Assembly (NCBI GenBank): GCA_004431415.1
Contig: QPMI01000416.1
Span: 310,001-374,000, forward strand
Length of the DNA: 64,000 bases
From: Cyanophora paradoxa CCMP329
Lineage: Eukaryota; Plantae; Glaucophyta
Direction: 5' to 3'
A model generated the notes under the pieces. That model was not told the origin of the DNA. It was given only the letters and a program-made list of their open reading frames with translations, and made no database searches. This document shows, in pieces, positions 9,216 to 21,000 of this stretch. Position numbers and translations under genes: made by a program. The stretch's first letter is position 1; the number at the start of each line of letters is the position of its first letter.

Positions 9216-9567
9216 GTGTAACAGGTGTAACAGGTTCTCCCCAAAGTTCCAAGCCGCCGACCTCCTCCTAGGGGAAAGTTTGGGATGAACCTGTTACACC
9301 TGTTACACATACCATTTTCAGTAAGAACCCATTAAAATAACATAATCTCAGTCTTAAAATAACATAATATACCATAAGTAATACTACGTTATCTTTATTG
9401 TATTATACGCTCCGCCTCCCACACAGCACAGGCGCAGCCGAGGCAGCTTGTCTGACGACTTATAGTTGTTTACATTGTAACGGGTGTAACAGGTCAATCC
9501 CAAAGTTCCAAACCGCCGACCTCCTCCTAGGGGAAAGTTTGGGATGAACCTGTTACACCTGTTACAC
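9216..9567. repeat. Two copies of a ~93-bp hairpin unit (9216-9308, 9476-9567) built from GTGTAACAG iterons
   Basis: Perfect 22-bp inverted repeat GTGTAACAGGTGTAACAGGTTC (9216-9237) / GAACCTGTTACACCTGTTACAC (9287-9308). The second copy is near-identical. Confidence 0.92.
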
Positions 9568-9752
9568 ATAGGAAATACCATTATAATAACAGAAGATCTA
9601 TATAGAATACTAACTTATCTTTCTTATAATACACGCTCCACGCTCCTTACAGCACAGGCGCAGCCGAGGCAGCTTGTCTGACGACTTGTAGCTGTTTACA
9701 ACGGCGCCATATGCGCTCCATAGGCGCAGCCAAGGCAGCTTGTCTGACGACT
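9423..9752. repeat. Direct repeat AGGCGCAGCCGAGGCAGCTTGTCTGACGACT x3 (9423-9461, 9649-9687, 9722-9752)
   Basis: Read directly. The copies are interleaved with the hairpin units in an A-B-A-B-B arrangement. Confidence 0.92.
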
Positions 9753-9937
9753 CATCATCGCATTATATCCAGCGGCACGCTAAGCTTGCCTTGCGCAAGC
9801 GCAAAGAACATTTTTTTATTTTTCGTTGGAATTCCATTATAATTTCATACATATTTCTTGTATAATTAAATACATATTTTTCATTAAATGCATACCCATA
9901 TTATTTCCATATCATTATACACGATAATGCGTAATAT

Positions 9938-10236
9938 CACACATAGAGAAAGCCCGCGTTTTATCAGGAGGCGTGATATAATTTAACTAAGTTTAAAATC
10001 CACCTCAAATACAAGTGATTACGAGAGATAGAGGTGAAATACATCGGAGATACGAGTAAATTAAATAACAGTAAGGGTTTGGATAGTAATTTATAAGAAA
10101 TACGCACATAAAAGACAAGAATAAAGGATAAAATACACATAAATTATCGTTAAATATGCAATAAATATAGGTAAAATATAAACAAAATATAATTAAACTT
10201 TGCCGAGGGATAAAACGCGGGCTTTCTCTATGTGTG
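9938..10236. mobile_element. 299-bp AT-rich unit with perfect 28-bp terminal inverted repeats (MITE-like, or the folded viral terminus)
   Basis: CACACATAGAGAAAGCCCGCGTTTTATC at 9938-9965 and its reverse complement at 10209-10236. No target-site duplication found. Confidence 0.7.
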
Positions 10237-10817
10237 TAGACGGCTACGGCCCAGCGCGAAGCGACAACAAAATACCTCGAGTGCTCGCTCGGGTCATCGC
10301 GAGAATCGAAGTCGAATTCCCTTCGCGTCACGCTGTAACCCCAAGACGCCACGAGAACAGGCAACGTGGGGATAACAATGACGCAGAGGTGCAACGCGAA
10401 AGACATTATGTCAAGCTTCCATAGACGGGGGCTGGTCGCGTAGGTCAGGAACTTGTCTTGCGTGGTTTCGTAGCGTGGTACCGGCGGCGGCTGCGTTTGC
10501 CTCACCGGATCCATGTTAGCTGCGTCCCGCATCTCCCTCTCTTGCTTCGACTTCTGCTGCTCCTTTTCGAGAGCTTCCTTTCTCTGCTCCTCGGACAACA
10601 GAGGCTGGTCCGGATCCTCGTCATTCCGGTTTAGACCAATGAGCAGGGCCTCCACGCGCTGAGCATGCTGAATGCCGGACTCGCGCTCCGCTTGACGCTC
10701 TTTGCGCTTCGCATCTCGCTGCATGCTATCGAGGCAGAGGCTGACATCGATGAGCAAGAACAGCCGTGTCGTATCGCACATGCTCGCGAAGCGCTCCACC
10801 TGCAAGTTAAACCAGTA
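10235..10817 (-). pseudogene. 583-bp duplicate of host coding sequence 20084-20666
   Basis: No differences seen by eye at offset 9849. The translations are identical (QVERFASMCD...RWAVAVY). Confidence 0.95.
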
Positions 10818-11034
10818 GTGCGAATATTAATATCGCACTTACAAGCATCGAATTACAATTCATGCGCGTATCACGCTCAGACAGAGACTGCAGCTGGAAT
10901 CTGCTGCGCATGCCAGACTGCTGGATCCGATGATCCAGAGTTTGCAAGGATATTCGCGAGACCGACTTATATTAATTACTCGGCATATGCATCGATATCA
11001 GAAGGCTTCAAAAACAATTATTAAATTTATAAAT

Positions 11035-11076
11035 GGGGGGGTGCGGGGGGGCTTGCCCCCCTGCTTGTTATTTTCC
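11035..11076. repeat. G/C-run hairpin motif, inverted partner of 16796-16838
   Basis: The reverse complement GGAAAATAACAAGCAGGGGGGCAAGCCCCCCCGCACCCCC matches GGAAATCACAAGCAGGGGGCAAG(CGCTAG)CCCCCCGCACCCCC at 16796-16838. Confidence 0.7.
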
Positions 11077-11781
11077 TGTACTACCGCCGCAGCATCAGCT
11101 GCAGCCGCCGCGCCGCTACCGGTACTGAGTACCGGACCGGTATAGTACGGTACCGGTACTACTAGTAGTCCGGTACCGGTAGCTCCCAGAGCTCCCACCG
11201 CCTCTCGGTACTGTGGTTTACGTAACGGCTGGCGTCGGCCGCGTCGTAAGAAGACTCGTGAGTCGTCACTGACTCGTCAGTCGTAACCGAGCGGGGGACC
11301 GGATCGGACCGGGGTCCGGGGGACCGGCGGGGGTCCAACTCGTCCGAGCCTAGGAGGCTGCCAAGGCTCGAAGGAGGGACCGGTACCGGCAGCAGGGGCC
11401 GGGTACCGGATACTACCGGTAGTACTAGTACCGCAGTAGTACGGTACCGGGAATTTCGAAGTCGATTTTTTATCGGCGGAAAGTCGACGTCGGCGGCCCT
11501 GGGGCCCAGGCTGGGGGGCCAGTGGGGGCCGGGCCCGGGGGCCCGGCGGCCCGGCCCGGGCCGCCCGGCCGGGCGGACTCCGGGAGAGTCGCCGCCGACT
11601 CGCGATCGCCGGATCCGGAGACTCGAATTCCGATGATCCGATCGGGCGACCGTCCGACGGTCGGACGGGCGGACGGGCCCCGGGACCGTGACGGCCCGCC
11701 CCGGGCGGCCGGCCGCGGGCCCCGGCCCCCGGCCCCGACCCCGGCCCCGGGCCCCGGGCCGTGGCGGCGCGTCCCGTTCTG

Positions 11782-11971
11782 CCCGTCAAAACTCGCACCG
11801 GAATAATGCGTTTCGAAAAATTTTGGCTGCTGAGGGGGACAGCACTTTTCGTAGCGTGTTGATATTAATGCGGTCCTAAATTAATGCGTTTTAATTTCAT
11901 TGCAGAAAACGCATTAATTAGGTACCGCATTACTTAATTATAAGTGCGCGCATTACTTAAGTGTTTTACGG
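11782..11971. mobile_element. Degenerate or left-truncated pogo/Tc1-like MITE
   Basis: Right end GTTTTACGG|TA, TAATGCG repeats and an internal palindrome (11866-11892/11906-11932). Same architecture as the 24547 MITE. Confidence 0.55.
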
Positions 11972-12215
11972 TACTAGTAGTACTGCGGGGCCAGTGCGCC
12001 GGCGGGGCACTGCGAGCCGCCGGCCCGGCGCCGGGCCCAGTGCGGGGCAGCGGCCCGGCCGCGGCAGCCGAAGGCCCGAAGCTGGAAAAGCCTGGAATAC
12101 TGGTAACCACTGCTAACCGTTGAACCAGTGGTAAGCGGCTCGAGCTCGGCGCTCGCTCCCTGTCTACCGTGGTACTGTATAGCAGCCTATATATATTAGT
12201 AGTCGCCGGCCTTAA

Positions 12216-15200
12216 TTGCGCTTGATCCGACTGTCGTGCGGGTCGACATCCGACGGGGGCGGTCCGCGGCACACTGCGGCAGGTTCCAACGTTAACGTCG
12301 CCAAGATGGGTGCTGCGCAGGCCAAGTGTTACACCAGCTCCGACTGCTCTGGAACCGAAGCCTTCAAGTCGGACAGGTGGCCGCCGTCCACTGGCCCGGG
12401 CGGCCGGGCCACGCGGGCGCCACGCCGCGATCCAACGAACGATTCCTGATGCATGAGGACGCGCGCGCGCGCGCAGCGATGGAAACGTGGTATCTGTCTG
12501 CTCGAATCCAGCGTACGCGTCCGGAATTGAGAAGGGCGACAAGACGTCGACGTGCATCGCAGCAAAGCTGCTGTGCTACAACTCAACGTCCGTACTCTTG
12601 TCGTGCCGTGCATTAGAGCTCATATCTATACTATGATATGCATCATGGCCGCGGCCGGGCGTGTACATATATGCATACGTCTATCTATCTATCTATATGT
12701 AGATATACGAAGAGATCGTGCTCCGGGCCCGGGCCTCCAAGGCTCGCTTTACAAAGTTAATCCGATCATGCCATGATGATCACGATATCGCGATCGATGA
12801 TCTATGCGTACGTGCGCAGAGACTGCTCAGGCATCCCAACGATTGGAAAGGACGCTGCTGGCAAGGCCGTCACCGCATAGTGCGCGCGCGCCCTCTAGAG
12901 CTAGAATTGACGAAGTCTTTTCGATAATTCAGGACGTTGACGAATATATTGATAATGTGATTTCATTTATCAATCCGATCTTTGAAAGCAATCATTCCAA
13001 CGTTCGCGTCCGCAGTCAACCCGACGGGGTCTCTATTGACGAAGCGATCCGTCAGTGTCCTGTGCGTTTTGATGGCGTCTCCGTGAATTGCGCTCCTCTA
13101 GATTTCTGCTGTTTTTTGCGGAATTCGAACTCATCGGGCGTTTTTCGTATGCCCGGATGACGTTTAGAACGGCACCCTGAGCTACAAGAACGGCGGCGAC
13201 AAGGACCAATGTCATTCCGCCCTAAAGTATGATGACTATCTGCTCTGCTACAACTCAGCGTCAGTGTCCCAATTGCATGTATGGCTCTTCAAGGTGATCA
13301 CGATGCGCTCACATCGGCCTGGGCTCGCAGAGACTGCTCTGGCACCCCAACGATTGGAAAGGATGCTGCAGGCAACCCTGTCACCGAATTGTGCGCGACA
13401 CCCTAGCCTCTGATCATGATACATTTCTTGCAGAGCGTTAACGAGTACAATCTATCGTAATTTAAAAAGATTCATGATCAATCTTAGATTCAATCTTTTC
13501 TAATCAGAGAATCATGTTCGCATGCGCAGTTGGCCAATGAGCTTAAAGCAGATTTGGCCGATATCTACAGCTAATGACACAGCGATCAGACAATGTCCTG
13601 TGCGTGTTCAGTGAACGTTGCGCCAAGTACTATCTATAGTGTTGCGCGGAACTTACGCATACGCTGCTGCATGATCTGTAGATTGGAACCGTGAGCTACA
13701 AGAACGCTGACCTCGACCCCAACGACTCCACAGTCAGCAATACATGCCAAGCAGTCCCCAAGTACATGGCTTGCCACAAAAGTCTGGATTGCGCGAGCAC
13801 GGGAGACGACATCACCTATGTTTTCGGATCGCTCGAACGGAATCCGGAGCTGAACTTCTGCCCGCGGATACGCTAAGCATCCGTGACGTGAACGGAACGA
13901 CCGCGGGGACATGCCATCGCTCGGCCCTCCTCTGCTTCCGCGACGGGCAGTGCAAAGACACCCCAACGGTCGCGAAGGGCAGCGCGGGAAACATCCTCAG
14001 CAAATAGTACGCGAGCCCTCCCGCGGCCGCGATGGTGGTAGCGCTGTTGTGATGAACTGGAGGAAACCGTGCAGCCAAATCGCGGGGATGTCGAACGACC
14101 AGGTCTGGGCGCGCTGTCCGGTGAGTCCGTACGCGTGCTCATACATATGCATGCACATATGCATGCAATCGATCGCCATATTTTGTCGTTGTTTATAAAT
14201 ATAGCGATCTCACGTACATCCTTCGAATTCGTAATCTTAAGCATCTTGCATTGCACAGCTTGGCACAACGGCGTACATGAACGGTTACGAACCCTACGAC
14301 TGGTGTACGCGCGCCAAGGGCACTATCGAGTGTCACAAGAGCATCGATTGCACGAGCTCGGGAGGCGATGTAACCTACATTTATGGGGACCGAGATACCG
14401 ACGCGTGCGCTCCTACTGAAATCTCATGCTCGCGCTCTGACCTTCGTTGTCGTGCTCGCTGATCGTGAGATGCTTCGGCATGGCCGCGCGCGGGTTGCAA
14501 TTATTTGCAGCGCGCGATGCCCAGGACCCTCGGCTAGCTGGAAATTCATGGGCTCGGATGGGTGCAACAAAGCGGCCCTCCTCTGCTATTCCGGCCGCGA
14601 TTGCACGGGCACTGCAACGGTTGGAAGAACTCCTGAAGGATCCGTTCACAAAGCTTAGTACGTTAACGTTCGGAATCCCAATATTAATCAACTTTGTATT
14701 CAAGCTCATCGTCGAAATTAACACTACGGGCGCAGTTACTTGTATGGCCATTCCGACAAAACAATCTACGAGAAATGCCCTACAGGGTACCTAACAGTGA
14801 TCATGATTTCGATATGCATGCCACCATTGTTCCAGAGAATATTAATTGCACAGCGGCGCCGGCCCGCCTGATCCGGACCGCTCGCCATCTTTTTGAAACG
14901 GTCGACAGGACGCTGTCCTTCATGAGAGCACCGGGTGAATTCACTTGGTACGGAGACACCTCGGTATATCAGTCAAACGGGTGCTCCAATTCAGTCAAGG
15001 GGGGGAAGTGCTTTGAGGTTGGTTCAGACTCCATGGCTAGATCTTCAGATTTGCTTTCCCGTGTGCTCTCCAATTGCAAGTCCACTGATGAATGCTAAAA
15101 CTGTGCCTCGCCACGATCAGAGCTTGGACTGCACGTCGTCCGATCCAAGTGAGAAAGACGTGACCTTCGCTTTCGATGCGGCGTCTTGCCCGAAGTCCGC

Positions 15201-16211
15201 CGCGTCCTTCTTGCCCCTTTCGGGCGGTATGCCTCCGACATACGATGCACCCCTGCGAAACTGACGTGTTACGCCGACACGTACGCGCTTGCGTAATTAA
15301 TTATAATTAGCCGGCGGGCCGGGGCTCACACCTTGTGAACAGCTAGCTAGCGCTACTAAGTGATCATCGGATCATTGATTTCGCCACTGCGGCAGATATT
15401 GTGGCACGCCACTCGGAGTCGGGAAAGACTCGTCAGGCCAACCAGTCGACAAATAGTACGTTCGTTCCGCACCGTTTTCTCCCGGCCGCGGGTCCTCATC
15501 CGCATGCGCACGCGCAAGCGCGGTCTAGCCATAGGAAACCTTTTCTTAAGTAAAACATTTGATATATATAATCAATCGTAATGAAATGCGTGCCATGATA
15601 TCGATGTGCGCACGCAGTCAACCGGAGGGCGTCACGAACGAGCAGGCCTGGGCGCGCTGTCCGGTGCGCACGTGCACGCATGTGCATGTAAACTTACACG
15701 TGCAATTAAATCTTATATTTTCTGTTCAATGTACTTGCCAGGCTTGTACTACAAATGACACGCTCATTAAAAATTCCGGTCCGTAGGGCGGCACATTGTC
15801 AGTCAAGGAAACGGGCGGTCAGTGTAACTCAAACATTCACGTTGGCTACGCCTGGTAATTATATATATACGTATTCATGTTCAGCGATATATCATGGATA
15901 AGGTTATAATGCAGCTGTGCATGCGCAGCTACTCAGATGAACGGTGCTACTCTACCCCGACGTACGTCTTTGACAGGGCCAATTGCCCTTCAAACACAGC
16001 TGCCGTGCGTATACGGATCCAGGATCTCATGGCCACCTATATTGAGGCTTGCTACTTCAACGCTGAAGCTTCAACTAATCTTTGCATGCTTCAGAGCAAA
16101 CAAGGCTATTATGCTTGCACACCCAAATCGCAGTGGAACCTACTAGACGAAGACGTCAATGTCGCCGAGGAGGAATTCGAGGTCGGCTGCACTCCCTCGC
16201 GCACACCGTGA
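12216..16211 (+). CDS. Multi-exon cysteine-rich tandem-module protein (approximate limits; may be a pseudogene)
   Basis: Recurring exons LLCYNS, RDCSG(I/T)PTIGKDAAG, CHKS(L/I)DC...D(I/V)TY and (N/I)(D/E)xx(W/I)xxCP. GT donors follow the CP codons at 13062, 13600, 14121 and 15664. One apparent 1-bp frameshift near 13862. Confidence 0.6.
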
Positions 16212-16795
16212 CTTCTCTCGAGCCACTGAATATTAATACGGGAGTGCACGGCGCGTGTCACAGTGTGTGCAGGATCCGGCCTTGGCGGATACCGATGTCG
16301 ACGGCGAGCTCGAGGGCCTCGACAACCTTTGCTTCGAGGCCAGCCCCGAGGTACCCACGATCGCCCTCTAGCGCGTGAATTTGTCTACCCCAGTTTCAAG
16401 TTTAGCTCACTGGACCTGCGCGAACGCTGCGGTATACATAGACCGCCGGGGAGCTGGTCGGCATTCTGGAAGCCTCCTGATCATGAGCCGATGACGACAT
16501 TGACAAATGCCAAATGGCGAAGTAAATTCCAAATCAAATACCCGCTCTAGATCTATTTTTCAGAACCAGCATCCGACTCGGCGAACACTTTCAAACATCC
16601 GAGTTTCGACTGTGAATTCGAAACTCTGAGAATGAGAAGAGAATTCGAATTTTCGAAGGGGGGGGCGGGAGTCCGCGGTTGTACGGGAGTGGCGGGCCAG
16701 AGGGCGTGCGGGGATTAATTTATAAGCAATTGTTCAAGTCATCACTGAGTCAAGCGCTAGCTTCGCCCAGGCCACCGCCCTTTCTCACTTCTCTC

Positions 16796-16838
16796 GGAAA
16801 TCACAAGCAGGGGGCAAGCGCTAGCCCCCCGCACCCCC
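16796..16838. repeat. Inverted partner of 11035-11076
   Basis: See the 11035 entry. Confidence 0.7.
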
Positions 16839-18049
16839 GCCCACCGTGGCCCACCGATGTACGTATGTGATGGAGTCGGGCGGCTGCGGCCGCGATCGGT
16901 CGGCCCGGCCGCCCGGGTCGCGATCGGGCCGCCGGACCGCCCGCAGCCACCGCCTCCTGCGGAGAGCTTCAGAAAAGGGTACACGAAATCGGGGGAGAAG
17001 GGGGTACGGGCTCACGGCAATGGCAGGTCCGAGGGCGGCGGCGGCGGCAGCCGAATCTGGTGACCCTGAGGCGTATGCCCCCGTGGCTCCGGCCACGAGG
17101 GCCGATGCAGCCTTAGCCAGCCAGAGCCCGGCCTGCATTTGGCGGGGTACGTCGCACAAGGAAGGGCGCGGTGCTGGTGTGGGTACACCGCCCGGACAGC
17201 TAGGATCGGGGCGCGGGCGAGGACATCGAAACGGACCATGGCCGCTGGATCAGAGAATCGCACGCCGAGACGGGGCGGAGGGCTGCGCAGGGTCGACGCG
17301 CCGTTCGGGCTGCATGCTAGCGCTAGCTATGTATATATATATATATATATGCTGTGTGCCCTCCACTCGAACCCCCCCCCCCTCTCCCTCCCCGCTCCGC
17401 GGCCGGTTGCCGCTCCCCTGCCTAGGCCTGTCAGAGTCGGTGCGCAGGCCCAGTGAAATATTTCTTGATCACATCATAATCATGAAACAGATATATATTT
17501 AGTTCTAGCTATAGATCTTGCAATTGATCATGAGGCCAATGAGTCAAGCGGGCGACTCAGTGATAATCGATATCAATAATTTTACACCAAGCCGCTAGCG
17601 CTGAGCTCCATCTTTGACACGCTAGTTCGTTTGGCAGGATATTGATATCGATATTTATCTCAAGACATTTTCTAGTTCTATCCGACATCGGTGATCCGAT
17701 GCATTTCATCGATATCCGCTATAACTATATAAAGCAGCTTGCACGATCCGGCTCACAGCTACAGCAGCTTGCATATGCTCCGCTGCAGGCCACGGCATTG
17801 TATAATTAACGGTCGACCACGGCCGCGGCCTGGAGGTCCTTTCCGAAGTCGATCAAAGCAACGAGCATCGTGGCTTCAAAAGAGGTGGCCGTTTTCAGCT
17901 TCGTGTAGTCGCCAAAGACTTCCTCAATCTTATTGAGAATCTACCGTCCCCCCCACGCGTTAGAGCTCTATATATATATGTACCTGGATCTTCGGCGATG
18001 TTTTCAAATTTATTATTAAAGCCGGTGCCAAACCTTTGTTATTGCGGCA

Positions 18050-21000
18050 TCAATTTGGGTGGTGTTGGCGCCCGAATGCCCTTGTCCACAGTCTCCAGGG
18101 CCTTGTGGCAATTATGTGTCCGATCCGCCAGACGTGAGCACTACATTGGAAAGCAAGCGATCGCGAAGGAGACGGGATTCGGACCTTCGCAGTGGAGTTC
18201 CTGTTCACAAACAGCGCAGCTCCACCTACCGCGGTACAATCCATCATCGATATCCGGGAGGGCAGCTCACGATTAGCGGCCACGATCATGAGATTTCGCA
18301 GTGATTGTGTTTCGAATTTGCCGCACCAGCAAGGATGCTGTGGATAGCGGTTGTCAGGTAGCCCGGGACTCCGAAGGCCTGATGATGGGGAGCTCAAACT
18401 TGGCTCGCATGCGCAAAATTGAATTTTAAAACCGTCGACGGACCGCGATGCCGACGAAAATGAAAATAAAGAAGAAAAACAGGAAGAGACAACTTTCATA
18501 CAACAGCCCAACGTCGCTCAACCTTTAGGGGGAGTCAATTTGCAACATTTGCCTGTACATGTCACGCATATATTTAAGTACATGCGCTCGGGTGCGTACG
18601 CACGAGCATCGCTCTTGCATGGCGAAAATTCGAACAATCATCCCGACCTTCCCATAATTGAACTTCGTCAGCATCTTCTGGATGCTTTCCTTTGCTCCCT
18701 GAATGTTTGCATGCTCGCCGCCGGGGGTTGCAGGGGTAAAAGGGAAATTTCCAAACTCCGATTCGCCATCTTGATTAACCTGCTGCGCTTTGCTTGATGT
18801 ATTCGAGTGCGCAATACTAAATAATAACGAGTGAAATGCAAGCGCACGCACGTGATAGGAATTGGCGGGCTCTCGAATGCCTTTGAATGATTCTAGGCCT
18901 TGTTTCCGTGAGCTGGAGCTCGGGTGCGCGACCTCAACGACCATCGTGCTCGCTCCCTCCACCTCCTCGACATGTACATCTTGATTTTCCCGATCGGCGG
19001 TTTCGCTCTCTGGCGCACCTGCCTGCATGCGCAGACCACGACGCGCATGAGAGGCCTGAGGTGGATTCGCGGTTTTCTCTGCCTCGGCCAGGGCTGTCGA
19101 TGCAGAAAAGGTCGGCGCAGCTCAGCGGCTGCAGTAAGCAGCGGAGACATGTGTCCAGCACGGCGAGCGCTAGCGCACCCCGTCTTGAGTTAAAGATTTC
19201 CATTCGAACGGCCTGAATGAGACGCTGTTGAGCAGCGGTACGAGCCTGCATCTGAAGGCGGCTCTCCACGTATTTCATAAACTCGATATTCTGCTTGTGG
19301 TCTGGAAAGCGATCGTATTCAGGGATTGCTTATTAGCAGTGTAGGTCGAATAGCAAGCAGATCTAGGCATTCGTAATCTAGATCACAGGCGCTGACCCTT
19401 CAGCGAAGTGAGCGCCTTCTTCACGTCTCTGATCTCTTCGATCAACTCCGTGAAAGCGGCGCGCGCTTTGTTGATCTCGGAAGAAAGCTGGGCGCCAAGA
19501 CGTTTGAGGAACTTCCACAACCTCCAGACGTGTCCCAGAAACGATACTATAGCTGCGCACGTGCACGTGCACGTGTCGCATGTTCAGCTCCAAATGTACA
19601 GCGAGACGTACGCAAATAATAGAGATATTAACAATATTAATGCATACCCACGCAAATCGGTATGACACGCTCTGGCTTGAGAATAACGCCTACGTTATGT
19701 TACGTGAGATATAGAGCCACAATGAAAATTATTATCTTAGATCAATGAAAATTATGTAATCACCAAGTGAGACCCATAATATCGTCACGCTAGTCCCGAC
19801 GAGGGACGCAATCGCAAAGATGACCCAGAAGGAGAGCGCGACCGAGAACACGAATTTCAGCCACCACAAAAGTCTCCCATCCATCGGGATGCTGTCATCT
19901 TGGATGGCCGACTTGTCGTGAGCAGCGCCAATTCTGTTGATACGATTCACCAGGTTTTGAGTCCATTCCTTGTTGTGGAAATAATACATGCACAATGAGA
20001 ACTGCGATCACGATTGCGTCAAGCTCTGTACACGTAATAAATTTATTTCCAGCCGCAGCACAAAGAGCCTACCCCGTTCAGAATGTAGACGGCTACGGCC
20101 CAGCGCGAAGCGACAACAAAATACCTCGAGTGCTCGCTCGGGTCATCGCGAGAATCGAAGTCGAATTCCCTTCGCGTCACGCTGTAACCCCAAGACGCCA
20201 CGAGAACAGGCAACGTGGGGATAACAATGACGCAGAGGTGCAACGCGAAAGACATTATGTCAAGCTTCCATAGACGGGGGCTGGTCGCGTAGGTCAGGAA
20301 CTTGTCTTGCGTGGTTTCGTAGCGTGGTACCGGCGGCGGCTGCGTTTGCCTCACCGGATCCATGTTAGCTGCGTCCCGCATCTCCCTCTCTTGCTTCGAC
20401 TTCTGCTGCTCCTTTTCGAGAGCTTCCTTTCTCTGCTCCTCGGACAACAGAGGCTGGTCCGGATCCTCGTCATTCCGGTTTAGACCAATGAGCAGGGCCT
20501 CCACGCGCTGAGCATGCTGAATGCCGGACTCGCGCTCCGCTTGACGCTCTTTGCGCTTCGCATCTCGCTGCATGCTATCGAGGCAGAGGCTGACATCGAT
20601 GAGCAAGAACAGCCGTGTCGTATCGCACATGCTCGCGAAGCGCTCCACCTGCAAGTTAAACCAGTACTGCAGTTTGGAGCCGAGAGTCGCAGTTGGAAGA
20701 ACTCCGCCATTCATCTTCTTCGCCTGTTCTGCAAGGCTTCTCAGCCACTCTTCGACGAGGGTTTCGCGGTCCTTGAAATTTAACAACGCCAGGCCCTTGT
20801 CAGCATGATCCGCTGTGCGTTTTGGATTGGGATGATTGTGATGTTCATGATGGGCTGAATCCACGGCCGGAGCTTGGTCGGCATCTGTGGCTAAGGCTGG
20901 AGCCTGGGTATAAGCTGGCCGGAGTGCAGGCGCCTGCTCTGAGGTGGCTGCTAGCTCTGCATGCGGCAGCTCCAGCGGGGCCAGTGATGCGGGAGCTGCG

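Larger units (their letters stand above)
1..10236. mobile_element. Endogenous Polinton-like virus / virophage-type element, right arm only (extends left of the window; right end uncertain, ~9937-10236)
   Basis: Visibly AT-rich, intronless, tightly packed ORFs, contrasting sharply with the GC-rich intron-rich host. Encodes a Polinton-type rve integrase, fibre-like proteins, a lipase and subterminal repeats. MCP, ATPase and pPolB are not visible, so the exact class is inferred. Confidence 0.8.

Noticed and set aside
9083-9581. Twin small ORFs MCNRCNRFIPNF...
   Set aside because: They are translations of the hairpin repeat; the CxxC is a by-product of the TGTAACAGG iteron.
9216-9752. CRISPR-like array in the viral subterminal region
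   Set aside because: Only 2-3 copies per repeat, irregular spacing, intervening sequences are themselves repeats, and no cas genes.
9938-9965. RAG/Transib RSS-like end (CAC start)
   Set aside because: No CACAGTG/CACAATG heptamer, no A-rich nonamer and no 5-bp TSD.
10005-10805. 266-aa ORF as a real chimeric gene
   Set aside because: It is the duplicated host fragment reading into the AT-rich IR unit, with a non-ATG start and no evident promoter. It cannot be excluded without RNA data.
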